64,000 nucleotides of DNA from Octopus sinensis (GCF_006345805.1 NC_043001.1:110918001-110982000); one strand, 5' to 3'. Shown: positions 50,776 to 62,924, numbered from the stretch's first letter. Numbers and translations are program-made. Notes: generated from the sequence alone by a model not told the origin.

Positions 50776-50789
50776 TTACTAGATGGGAT

Positions 50790-51365
50790 TAGCGGTATAT
50801 CATCTGTCTTTATGTTCTGAGTTCAAATTCCGCCGAGATCGACTTACCTTTCAGCCTTTCGGGGTCGTAAATTAAGTACCACTGAAACACTGGGGTCGAT
50901 CTATTCAACTTAATCCCGCCCCACCAAGCTGCCCTTGGGGCAAACAATTGAAAATGGCGGCAAGCTGGCAGAAATCGTAGCGCTCCGGCCGAAATTCATA
51001 GCGGTATTTTGTCTCTCTTTCCATTCTGAGTTCAAATTCCGGCGAGGTCGACTTACCTTTCAGCCTTTCGGGGTCGTAAATTAAGTACCACTGAAACACT
51101 GGGGTCGATCTATTCAACTTAATCCCGCCCCACCAAGCTGCCCTTGGGGCAAACAATTGAAAATGGCGGCAAGCTGGCAGAAATCGTAGCGCTCCGGCCG
51201 AAATTCATAGCGGTATTTTGTCTCTCTTTCCATTCTGAGTTCAAATTCCGGCGAGGTCGACTTTGCCTTTTATCATTTTGGGGTCGATAAATTAAGTACC
51301 AGTTGCGTAGTGAGGTCGGTTTAATCGACTAGCCCCCTCTCCAAAATCTCAGGCCTGGTGCCTTG
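50790..51365 (+). mobile_element. Head-to-tail array of family B-related SINEs containing an exact 209-bp tandem duplication
   Basis: TCGACTT recurs at 50839, 51048 and 51257; the two intervening units appear identical. Confidence 0.9.
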
Positions 51366-52201
51366 AACAGAAAAAAAGATTTTTCAGTATAATTTATATA
51401 ACAGGTATATACACATTGTATGTTTACAATATGACAACCAGTTGTTAAAGATATTCAAGCTTTCAGAATTAGACAAAGACTATTAAAAAGTAATTTTTCA
51501 TTTGGTACAATCTTTCTAAACATTAACATAGTATTTTAATCTGCACTTGTCGATGCAAAACATAGAAAACGTGTTATTATCGAGAGGAAACATATTCGGT
51601 GTATGACAGATGGCGTTGTAAATTAACACGCGGATAGAAACTGAATAAAATACGAAATTGAATTCTACATGCATAAATAACATATCCTTCATTAAAATCA
51701 ACACGGATGTAGAAGAAATTTGCATCAAAAAATTTCTATGTCTATATATCAATTATATGACTTCTCAACATACCCACTGTAAATATATGACTACCAAAAT
51801 CTATATTGTGTTTAAGAAATATTTTGTTAATTCGCTTTCATGTTGTCACTCCAGTTATTCATATACATACATGCACACAGACACACAGGCATACACACAC
51901 ACACCACACACACACACACACATACACACGCACACACACACAAACACACACATGAAATATGTTGCCCGGATCTTCCCTAGTCCATTCCGTAATTTGTGTA
52001 CTCTTATTCGCCCACTCGGCAACCCCAGTCGCCTACTATGGAATATGAAAAGAAACACTTTTTTAGCTTATCGTTTTCCGGTAGGAAAAATTTCCCAAAC
52101 CTTCCGTCTCAATAAATGATTTGATTTTTTAAGTATTTACTATGAATTGGTTCAAACTACTCCTCGATCCCTCAATCCTACATTAATATATACACATACA
52201 T

Positions 52202-52287
<86 letters not shown>

Positions 52288-52333
52288 AAACAAGTCAAAA
52301 ATAGAAAATGCTAAGATGATTTTATAGTGAATC

Positions 52334-52377
52334 TTTCAGTACCGGTTTCGGTCATTTTGAGACCTTTTCAACTGTAA
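52334..52377 (-). ncRNA. Minimal type I hammerhead ribozyme motif, U3-A8 variant (sense copy in the PLE 3' tail)
   Basis: UUACAG / UUGAAAA / GGUC-UCAAAAU-GACC / GAAA-CCGG-UA / CUGAAA; identical to 53967-54010. Confidence 0.7.
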
Positions 52378-53004
52378 CGATTAAATAATTAAATTTAGAA
52401 AAATTAGAAGAAAAGTTTTTTTAAAAGAATATTTCTGTAGTAGTGTTCAGATATAAGTAGCATTCTGCCTTTCTCTGACTCCCTTGTTTGCACTTGTATG
52501 TTCGAGGTCGTTTTGAGTTCTTGGTAGGATAGGTGAAGAATAATGAGGCTGATGTGGAGAGGGGGTGGGGAAATCTGGGAATGCCTTAATGGTCGTATTT
52601 TGAATGGTCAGTGGCTGACAGTAGTCGCAGTTCAATTCAGGAATTGTTTATGGAATTTGCGTAGGCGTTATACTGAAAGACATTAGTGACAAGGTTAAGG
52701 GTTGGAAGGTGGAGAAGTAGAAGAAGAAGAAGAAGATGACGATGTTGATGATGATGATGATGTAGAAGAAGAAGAAGGAGAAGGAGAAGATGGTGGTGAT
52801 GATGGTGGTGATGATGATGACGACGATGATGATGATAATGATGATGATGAAGAAGAAGAGGAAGAAGAAGAAGAAGAAAAAAACAGAGAAGGGAGAATAT
52901 GATTGGGTGTAAGTATAGCTGTGATGGGGCTGATTAGTAATGGATTCTATGGAGTGTAATATTTGTGTGTGTATATATTTCTTTTATTCTAAAGTTGAGG
53001 TATA

Positions 53005-53345
53005 TTAATTGTTTGTCGTAGACCCGTTAAGAAGTGGCTTGTATTTTGTAATAAAGAGATTTTCTTTACTTATTCGTTGTCTCGAGGTTGTATCGTCCCT
53101 AAATTGGTAGAGGGGGAAAATTCTGAAGTTTGGTGTTTTTTTGTTGGCGCAAGTATCTATGTGTTGTCTAAAAGCTATTTTTCTGTTTTGGGGAATTTTT
53201 ATATGGGATCTGTGCAGGGCCATTCGTTTACGCAAACCATTTTTTGTTTGGCCTATGTACTGCTCTTGACACCCGGAGCAGGCTAGTGAGTATATTAGGT
53301 TCTCCGAAGCACATGTGAAGTTGATTTTCACTGTAAACCGTTGTC
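53005..53345 (-). CDS. Penelope-like GIY-YIG endonuclease domain (C-terminal fragment of a truncated PLE ORF; no true start)
   Basis: FTCASENLIYSLACSGCQEQYIGQTKNGLRKRMALH...KENLFITKYKPLLN: LIY/YIG, R, E and N positions of the GIY-YIG signature and the CxxC are present; no internal stops. Confidence 0.9.
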
Positions 53346-53966
53346 CCTCTACTTTAGAATAAAAGAAATATATACACACACAAATATTACACTCCATAGA
53401 ATCCATTACTAATCAGCCCCATCACAGCTATACTTACACCCAATCATATTCTCCCTTCTGTTTTTTTCTTCTTCTTCTGCTTCCTCTGCTTCTTCATCAT
53501 CATCATCATTATCATCATCATCGTCGTCATCATCATCACCACCATCATCACCACCATCTTCTCCTTCTCCTTCTTCTTCTTCTTCTTCATCATCATCATC
53601 ATCAACATCGTCATCTTCTTCTTCTACTTCTCCACCTTCCAACCCTTAACCTTGTCACTAATGTCTTTCAGTATAACGCCTACGCAAATTCCATAAACAA
53701 TTCCTGAATTGAACTGCGACTACTGTCAGCCATTGACCATTCAAAATACGACCATTAAGGCATTCCCAGATTTCCCCACCCCCTCTCCACATCAGCCTCA
53801 TTATTCTTCACCTATCTTACCAAGAACTCAAAACGACCTCGAACACACAAGTGCAAACAAGGGAGTCAGAGAAAGGCAGAATGCTACTTATATCTGAACA
53901 CTACTACAGAAATATTCTTTTAAAAAAACTTTTCTTCTAATTTTTCTAAATTTAATTATTTAATCG

Positions 53967-54010
53967 TTACAGTTGAAAAGGTCTCAAAATGACCGAAACC
54001 GGTACTGAAA
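53967..54010 (+). ncRNA. Minimal type I hammerhead ribozyme motif, U3-A8 variant (copy in the inverted arm)
   Basis: Stem I UUACAG/CUGAAA, core UUGAAAA (53973-53979), stem II GGUC/GACC, GAAA (53995-98), palindromic ACCGGU, GUA site (cleavage predicted after 54004). Confidence 0.7.
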
Positions 54011-54090
54011 GATTCACTATAAAATCATCTTAGCATTTTCTATTTTTGACTTGTTTTTTCATATATATCAACTCGTGTGTTCCTTTCCAC

Positions 54091-54187
<97 letters not shown>

Positions 54188-54204
54188 CATATGTACATTG
54201 TGTA

Positions 54205-54515
54205 TACATTGTGTATAAACTCTATACTTGGAATGACAAATTTTAAATACTGTTCGATTTTACTCATAAAGTATTGGAATCTTACATATATACCATTCTG
54301 CCTAAAAAATGGATCTACAATTGCAATATCCCTACATATCTCACATCTATTTTCTTTCCTCCACCTCACTCTCAATTTTGTATTCTATCTAAATTAACTA
54401 TTGCTTAACCATCCTCTCACACCGTCTCCGATGACGGGATATAATAAATAAATATTCTGGAAACAGCTGTAAGACCTATTTATAAATGTTCTAATATCTA
54501 CACAGCCTTGGTTTC
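54205..54515 (+). mobile_element. PLE-type 3' tail remnant carrying a hammerhead motif
   Basis: Starts at a (TA)n tract; pyrimidine-rich; contains the motif at 54424-54475; no ORF. Confidence 0.55.
54424..54475 (+). ncRNA. Minimal type I hammerhead ribozyme motif (U4C variant)
   Basis: Stem I GUCU/AGAC, core CCGAUGA (54428-34), 8-bp stem II CGGGAUAU/AUAUUCUG, GAAA, palindromic ACAGCUGU, GUA site (cleavage predicted after 54471). Confidence 0.78.
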
Positions 54516-54542
54516 TTTTATCACATTCCGCAAGAAATTCTT

Positions 54543-54595
<53 letters not shown>

Positions 54596-55628
54596 GCATA
54601 TATAAATACGTGTGTGTGTGTGTGTGTTTCTGTATTTATACCGGTATGTACGCGTGCGTGCATACCTGCACACACACGCTATCTTAAAATGAGATTGTAA
54701 CAGTTGCAAAATATATTTCCGCTTTCTGATAATAGCTACGATCACCAGTGAGCTGATGGTAAAGGATTTGCCATCTTATTCCAATAGTAATTCACAGAAA
54801 GACTAAATGATCGGCATATTCATTTTGTAGAATGATAATATAAATGAAATCCCACTATTAATTTTATTTGACTTCTTTGTAACGATTATCAATTTAATTA
54901 AATCGTTCACTTAACAATTTTGCGGAAAACAGGAAAAATATTTAAAATCAAAATTAATAGGATATAATTCGGTCCATTGGAATGGTTGTCTTAAATGATT
55001 GATCAAGCGTGCTACTAAACGTGTCAAATTCCTATCTGATTACGTCAGTAGTAGCGGATTAGCTCAAATTTCATATTTCCACCCGTAAACATCATTATAG
55101 GTCGTCCTCATCATTACTCACATTTTCACCGTCATAATGGTCGACATCAAAGCTGCTTTTATTTTGTTGATCCCATTGTTATCATTACGAGTTAATGTAA
55201 TTGATAAAAACATGAATGGAGGAGGTTTTATTTTCATATTACAATCTTGTTAAGGTTAGCGGGCCAGACGTCATTTATTTTTGTTCTTGTTCTTGTTGTT
55301 CTAATTGTTGTAATAGCAATATTTTAAAACTTGATTCTCATTAGAATGAATGTAATCAAATCATTGACAATTTATGTGGACACCAGTTGACAGTAATTGA
55401 TCAGTAATACCGACCCCAGGATGTGAGGTCATGTCGATTGTGATTCATAATTTATATAATGTGAATAACATGTATGGAACCGGAACTAAACCCAGTACAT
55501 CATTCCATGGAAGTGTTACATCCAAGTGATGCTGCTCATCAATATATATGAGATCCCACACATAACACATATTCTAATGCCTACCTTACAAACGTAAAAT
55601 AAGGATACGTATATATCCTAAATTTACA

Positions 55629-55772
55629 CCTGTAGTCGTGGCTGTGTGGTAAGAAGCATGCACCCCAACTACATGATACCATGTTCAGTTCCGGTGCGTG
55701 GCACTTTGGGTAAATGTCTTCTACTATAACCTCGAGCCGATCAAAACCTTGTGTGCGTGTTTGGCTGACTGA
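55629..55772 (+). mobile_element. SINE family A, 5' part (diverged)
   Basis: GTGGCTGTGTGGTAAG...GTTCAGTTCC...GTGGCACTTTGGGTAAATGTCTTCTACTATA. Confidence 0.8.
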
Positions 55773-55774
55773 AA

Positions 55775-56007
55775 TTGACTGCGGCCATGCTGGAGCACCG
55801 CCTTTAGTCGAGCAAATCGGCCCCAGGCCTTATTCTTTGTAAGCCTAGTACTTATTCCATCGGTCTCTTTTGCCGAATCACTAAGTCAGGGGGACGTAAA
55901 CACAACGGCATCTGTTGTCAAGCGATGTTGGGGGGGGCAAACACAGACACACAAATACACACACACATAAACACACACACATACACACACACACACACAT
56001 ACACACG

Positions 56008-56083
<76 letters not shown>

Positions 56084-56190
56084 GACGGGCTTCTTTCAGT
56101 TTGCGTCTACCAAATCCACTGAATGTGCCACGGAGTGTGACTGAACCCAGAACCATGTAGTTGGTAAGCAAGCTACTTACCACACAGTCA
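55775..56190 (-). mobile_element. SINE family A (internal deletion near the head)
   Basis: Homologous to 226-632. Confidence 0.9.
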
Positions 56191-56971
56191 ATATAAATTA
56201 GTGTACGTTTTTATACACAAAAGAGGTGGCTTTAAATTCTTATTCGTAGTTTGTTATAAAGAGTGCGTTTCAGTAAATCCCATTCAAGATTTTATGATTG
56301 ATAATATATACATCGATACGGTAACGAAACTCAACAGGTGTGTTCTTATAATCCTAGTAACTATGTTTAATATTTACCTATTCTGCTCACAGCACATTTC
56401 GTTAAATAAAATTGAGTTTATACAATTTAGAAACTTTCATAAGGAAAATTTAATTACTTTTATAATAAATATAACACTTCACATGAAATGAACTGTTTGC
56501 AGTCTACGCACAAAGGGTTGCAAAAACATCGAATACTTTCGTCTGTTAGACAAATAATTTTATTTCTCAAATAATTTCATAAAATAAGCAGTAATTTCTG
56601 AAGAGGAAGTCTGTCGCAGACACTTTCACATAATAGCTAGCATAGAAGTTTGTACTGTCACAAATGGTTTCTATGATTTTAGTATGCAATTATATTCCTA
56701 TTTTACTCTTAAATTCGCAAATACTAAATTTAAATTTCATGAATAAAAGCAAACATATATATTCACACTCATATTTATGCAAACAAACACGCGCATATGA
56801 TATTTGATATTCTCAGCAGAAACATGAAAACGGAAATTATATACAACATGCTGTTTCCCCAATGTATATCGTGTATTCAACGTACTTCGTTACCGATTAC
56901 GGGTTCTTGCGAAAGCTTAGATGTTTTGTTTGTATCTCTTTACTTGTCTGTAATTAGGGATTGTATTAACG

Positions 56972-57031
<60 letters not shown>

Positions 57032-57268
57032 CATATATATATACACAGACACACGCATGTTTATGAATGTATGCCTGTGTGTTTCTGTTAGCGCGTATGT
57101 TCATTTCTTGAATATGTACTTAATTATTTCATAGACAATCGATGTTTTTTTTATTCAAAGTCATCACTTCTGCGTTCATTAACTGTTTATTAGCAAACTG
57201 GTGAAAAAATAAAATTCTTGTTAAACATTCAGGTGAGTATTGGGAGTCTTCCATTGAAATCAGTAGCA

Positions 57269-57676
57269 AAGGCGGTGAGCTGGGAGAAGCGTTAACACGC
57301 CAGGCGTAATACCTAGCGGTATTTCGTCTGCCGTTACGTTCTGAGTTCAAATTCCGCCGAGGTTGACTTTGCCTTTCGATAAATTAAGTACCATTTCCGC
57401 ACTGGAGTCGATATAATCGACTTAATCCGTTTGTCTGTCCTTGTTTGTCCCCTGTGTGTATAGCCCCTTGTTGACAGTAACGAATTAGCTATTTCGTCTG
57501 CCGTTACGTTCTGAGTTCAAATTCCGCCGAGGTGTACTTTGCCTTTCATCCTTTCTGGGTCGGTAAATTAAGTACCAGTTACGTACTGGAGTCGATGTAA
57601 TTGACTTAATCTCTGTGTCTGTCCTTGTTTGTCCCCTCTATGTTTTGCTCCTTGTGGGCTATAAAGAAAAAATAAA
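57269..57676 (+). mobile_element. SINE family B dimer bounded by one 19-bp TSD
   Basis: CTTCCATTGAAATCAGTAG at 57248-57266 and 57677-57695; internal junction at about 57486-57495. Confidence 0.92.
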
Positions 57677-58610
57677 CTTCCATTGAAATCAGTAGAAACC
57701 TTCTAAAACCTAGTGATATACTTTTATTGGAAACAAAGACATTTCACGGCGTAGTTTCTGTTACTAAGATTTGGTGTTGCTCATTTCAGAAGAATAACGG
57801 AGATGAAATGCTTTTGGAAATAACGCATATAATATTTTTTCATTGAAGCTTAAAACTGAGGCGTGTTTAAGAAAATAATCTTATACACGCACGCAGTAGG
57901 AAAAAAGATGCATTTAAACTGAATCTATTTATATATAAGTATTCGATAACAATTATCTAATGTTTAATATCATTATATAGATCAAAATAAATCATTGGGT
58001 ACTTGAAGTAAAATATCTTGGCAAATAAGATATAATTACTAGAAATCGACAAGTATGAATTAATTACCGTCAACAATTATTTCATTTTTAAAGATAGGAC
58101 GGTGAAGCAGATTTCTTTGAAATCTTATTAAAATTCATATTATTCTAGTCACATACTTGACTTTACAAAAGCGAACTAAATGGATTTTTAATATAATTTT
58201 TCATTGTTAAATGTGAGTGCACACTTTTCCACACTTCCTCAAATGTCAATGGCGGTTTTGTCTCGCTTCATTCTACATATTTATGTGATTCTGCATTTCA
58301 ACCCCAACATCAAAGTAAGAAAATATAACGCTCGAATACGTATAGCTTTGAAACACTCTTCAAAACATCATAAAGAATTATGAAACGAAGAATTAATGTA
58401 TTGTGCTTATACGAATACACATATCCACTGAAAATATCCTTACATGCGTGTGTGCGTGTTAGTGTATGTTTTGATATGTATGTAAATATATATGTGAATT
58501 TTTATATATGTATATGCGTGTATATATGTATATATATATATATATATAGATATATATATATATATATATATCATATTATTTTGTCTAGGGAGAGTCATTC
58601 TGTTTATTGC

Positions 58611-58768
58611 CTTAACAATTAACACACACACCGGTTTGATTTCCACTCATTTACTTATTCATTTTTTCTAACATATTTATTTTTTCTTTACGTAGAAGTA
58701 GCGAAAAGTTTAGAAAAAAAATGAGTAAATGAGTGGAAATCGAACCATTAAGTGTGTTAATTAATAAG
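58611..58768. repeat. Diverged foldback (about 60-bp arms), related to the repeat at 47160-47265
   Basis: 58611-58671 aligns to the reverse complement of 58710-58768; the arms resemble AAATAAGTGGAAAT..ACCGGTGAGTGTGTTAA at 47210-47245. Confidence 0.75.
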
Positions 58769-59154
58769 ACATTAAACAGAATGACTTGTCCTATGCACAA
58801 TAAAATACGCTTCAACAGATGAATTCACATAAAGAACCTTGCAAACCAAATACAAAAACGAAACAGTTAGACATACTTAGTATGTCCTTTGCTTAACCTT
58901 AATCCTTCAGTTACTTAATGATTTTTTGAGGGATGCAATCGCCTATATTATTGATTCTGTTATTATCATTATTAAATTGCTACACTAGATAATAAAAGAG
59001 TCAAGAGTAACTTCGAAAATTATTTTTTCGGGTATTATTTTTCTCGTGAATTATTTTCTCCGTATTGAAATTATTTTCACCCTGGTAGCTGCCAAGATTT
59101 CGGCGCAAAGAGAATCAGTTGCAACCGACAGGTTGGGGCTCTTTTTCATGGTAA

Positions 59155-59207
59155 CGCGTACTGACGAGGGTTAGGCTATGATTTCATTTCAGAAACCAGT
59201 CCACTTG
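59155..59207 (+). ncRNA. Degenerate hammerhead-like motif in a PLE-type tail
   Basis: CUGACGA (59161-67) ... GAAA-CCAG-UC (59192-59201); stems I and II are poor and stem III has lost its palindromy. Confidence 0.35.
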
Positions 59208-59501
59208 AGACCAAATACATGAATGTATGCTGAAAGATTGTCTTAGTCCTTTTGCCTTACGGCAATAGATTATAACAGAGTCAATTATATCTGATAGAAT
59301 ATGTTAGTGAGGAAAGCAAGTTTTAGAAATAATGTTGAGCACAATATTGTTTCATGTACCAAAGTAGCTGTACTTGCCTACTGAATTATTTCATTAGAGT
59401 ACTTCAGGTCTTTCAAATTATGTATAATAGAATATGTGTGCGAGAGAACTTTGCTGGTTTATCTTTCCACTGAAAGACATTTGTATCTGACTAAATGATA
59501 T

Positions 59502-59710
59502 TATTTCGGTTACCGTTATTTCGTCAAACTTCTGAGACCTCATCAGTGGTTCTTTGCTTTCTTTCTCTTTTATGTGTGTCTTTCCTTGCAAAGGATGAGA
59601 CAAAATAGCTGATCCTTAGTAAGGAAAGACACATACAAAAAAGAAATAAGAAAGCAAAGGACCACTGATGAGGTCACAGAAGTGTGACGAAAGTACTCTG
59701 GCCGAAATAC
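59502..59710. mobile_element. Small foldback element (~88-bp arms, 33-nt loop) with a hammerhead motif in each arm
   Basis: 59502-59587 aligns to the reverse complement of 59621-59710. Confidence 0.85.
59659..59703 (+). ncRNA. Minimal type I hammerhead ribozyme motif, canonical core with an extra G after A9
   Basis: GG(A)CCA / CUGAUGA (59665-71) / G / GUCAC-AGAAGU-GUGAC / GAAA-GUAC-UC / UGGCC; palindromic AGUACU; cleavage predicted after 59698. Confidence 0.78.
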
Positions 59711-62282
59711 AGTTAATATGAAATAAAGCTGAAGCAAATGTACACCAAATCTATAGTGCGTTTGTTTTTATTGGCTTACCTGGCAACATGACCATCTCCA
59801 AATACAACAATATACGTTTCAACACACGTATTCACATCCAAAATTTGCAAACCGAATATATAAACGTAACTTATTATTTTCATTTTTTGATCTTTTACTC
59901 ACGAAGTTCGTGTTTCCTTCTTTAGACTGCGACCATGCTGGGAAACAGCTGTGAAGAATTTTAGTCGAACGAAGCGACCGTGTTCCTTATGTATTAAACC
60001 TGGTAATTATTCAATTATTCATTTTACAGTGTTATCAATTTGTTTACTATTTTTCTCCAAAACTTTTTTTTTTGTAAATCTGTTAATCAAAATCGTTCAG
60101 TTATTGTAAATATTATCAAAATATTTATATAGCAAATTTAGAACAACGTTATAGTTGTAGACACTGTTAATTCGACTAATCCACAACTTCTTTTTCTTCA
60201 TATCAAAAAACAACCAATATTTCTACAATTTCTCATACGTTCATGATTTACATTCTCAGTTAAATATCATAGTGGGACACAGAAAAACATCTCCGGTACA
60301 ATACTGACTCTGGTTTGTATAATTCACCATTACATACCTAGATGCGCTGTTCTATATAATACACATCTACCATATACATATCTACTCTATTTTGAATACT
60401 TCACCGATATCAATTTTAGGTTCACTGCAGGCAACAGAAAATATTTCCTGACATAAAAAAGGGAGTGGCTTTTTCTTGGATCTGATATTTCAGAAGCTCT
60501 CCTTTTAATTTACCTATTCTATACCCGCTCAAAGCTCTCTACGAGTGGATGAATTCTGCTGAGGAGAATTCAGAAATGATCCTATATGGCCTATCTCATC
60601 CAATATTTTTACTTGAATTCTCATCAGTTCCAGCGTTCAAATTACCCAATAAACTTAATGAAATACATGGCGTTTTCTAAAATAATATTTCTGTTTACGA
60701 TGAAATGTGCCCTAACATCATCACAACCATCGAAGCTAGCTTCATTTAAGTTTTCGTCCGGATAACTATTAACGATACTGGCACTCTTGTTTGAACCAAC
60801 CATACTGTTATCAATCTATGTTTGTATCTGGTACTTTTTGATCAGAGATGCGGCGTATTTTAATTTACACTATCTTGACAGACATTACCCACTAACCCAG
60901 GGCCTTTTCATACTTCTACGTACTATCTCATAGAAAGATCCTTGCTTCCAGTTCAATCCGTAACCAAGCATATTTGCTCATTAAAATCATATGCCTAACT
61001 TGTCACTGCCAAAATTATAATGAAGAAAATTGAAGGCCGCTTACTTAGTTCAAAATTAATTGTAATTTGACATTTTAGAGGCTCAGCGAGAGCTCTTTTC
61101 GAGTGCCTTTCTGTGGTTTTATATCAAATGAATTACTTTCGTGCCTGTTAACTACACTGCTATTTTGCAAGTTTGCAGACTCTATTACATAGATGGCATT
61201 TATTTTACGGACCTTAGCTGGATAAATGTCAAAGTTTACTTCGTGAATATTGAGAAAGAAATACGATGGGAATGTAAGAAAAACAAGGTACTTTTTGCTC
61301 ATGTTCTAACGATTATACCACATAAAATCCTATAATAGCAACACTAATAATACCACGGCTAAAATGATAATAATCACAGTATATTTGTATTAATTAGATA
61401 AAACATATTTTAATGGCAGTTAACGCCTATAACTAGCAGAGAATATGATCATTTATACGATTCCAGCTGCGATGGTTTTACAACGAAGGATAGAAGAGAC
61501 AAGGGTTGGATGTATGTGGAAATGCTTACGTGATGATAACACATTCAGGAATCAGATGCCGACACCTGCTCAAAAATGTCAATTCCAAGCTGTTTACTAA
61601 ATAAGGGTGTGGCTTTGCTTCATGTTTATGTTTCTTTTTGATTTATTTTTCCTCTATTTTTTTTTGTGTAATTTCCCTTTTCTGTACCAATAATATAAAT
61701 TTAATTGTTGTTTCATGTAATAGATTTACAAACCAATTTTCAACGGTTATGGCTTAAATTTATATATGCATATACTAAGGCTACAGAAGAAATAATTGTC
61801 TTCCAGATATGTATACATACATTTAAATATTAAGAGATTTAAAGAAAACACTCACACAAGAGGCCTAAAATTTTCACACACACACACATACATACATGCA
61901 TACATATACGTGCACACAGCACTCAAAACACACTAATACCAAAGATTATACAAGCATCAATGCACACATTGACATAAAAAGAACACACCCAGGTTAATTC
62001 ACACGGGGATAGAGGCAGACAAATTCTGCTCTCAATAGTAAATATACTAATACATAGAATGCAAAATACACGTATAAAAAATAGTATATCCTTCACTTTA
62101 GGCATATTAGATACTGAACAAAAAGTTGCACACAAACTGACATGCGTATTGTCAGAATAATTTGCTCATTCATAAAATTATATTAAGTGCATGGAAACTT
62201 AAAATTAGAAGAGTATAAGTCAGCCGAATGCCTGCAAATCATGTTGGCTCCTTAAAATTGCATGCAATGCTTTACTCTTTTG

Positions 62283-62470
62283 ATTTTCTCAGTCATTGGG
62301 CAGCGGCCATGCTGGAACATCGCATTCTAGTATTCGTCAAAAGTGACCCTACTACATATTTTTAATCTGGTATTTATTCCGTCAGTGTCTTTTGCAGAAC
62401 CGCTAAGTTATGAACTTGCATGCTAACCAGCACCCGCTGTCAAGTGGTGTTGGAAGGGGCCAAGCACAAA
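62283..62470 (-). mobile_element. Diverged 3' part of SINE family A, interrupted by family B
   Basis: TTTCTCAGTCATTGG..GCGGCCATGCTGG...GAACCGCTAAGTTA...GTCAAGTGGTGTTGG. Confidence 0.7.
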
Positions 62471-62474
62471 GACG

Positions 62475-62704
62475 TGGCGAGCTGGTAGAAACGTTAGCAC
62501 GCCGGGCGAAATGCTTACCGGTATTTCGTCTGCCGTTACGTTCTGAGTTCAAATTCCGCCGAGGTCGACTTTGCCTTTCATCCTTTCGGTGTCGATTGAA
62601 TAAGTACCAGTTACGCACTGGGGTCGATATAATCGACATAATCCCTTTGTCTGTCCTTGTTTGGCCACTCTAAGTTTAGCCTCTTGTGAGCAATAAAGAA
62701 AAAA
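62475..62704 (+). mobile_element. SINE family B
   Basis: Full family B sequence; ACAAA(G/A)ACGT on both flanks. Confidence 0.9.
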
Positions 62705-62789
62705 ACAAAAACGTATGTACATACCGATGGCTTCTGCAGACTTCCTTCATTTGCGTGGATTTAGCCGATGCTGCGTTGAACAAATACAC

Positions 62790-62885
62790 TGAAGGACGTA
62801 AACACACCAGCATCAGTTGAGAAGCGATGTTGGAAGGGGGACAAACACAGACACATAAACATACACACGCATAGACACACACACA

Positions 62886-62924
<39 letters not shown>

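Larger units (their letters stand above)
52284..54060 (-). mobile_element. 5'-truncated Penelope-like retroelement with ~715-bp tail-to-tail inverted pseudo-LTRs
   Basis: 52284-53000 is the reverse complement of 53346-54060 (few substitutions, repeat-length differences); the 345-bp spacer holds an open GIY-YIG frame; both ends abut (TA)n. Confidence 0.93.

Noticed and set aside
50579-50782. Plus-strand ORF METLVSSGTDD...NRYKILLADTVNYADVE looked protein-like
   Set aside because: It is the antisense frame of a decayed RTE LINE fragment.
52702-52902. Acidic ORFs MEGGEVEEEEEDDD... (also 53409-53642) resembling a chaperone or nucleolar protein
   Set aside because: They are a GAA/GAT microsatellite inside the PLE inverted repeat, antisense to the element, with no ATG start or splice context.
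56598-56632. CUGAAGA followed by a GUCUG/CAGAC hairpin
   Set aside because: There is no GAAA or cleavage triplet after the stem, so it is not a hammerhead.
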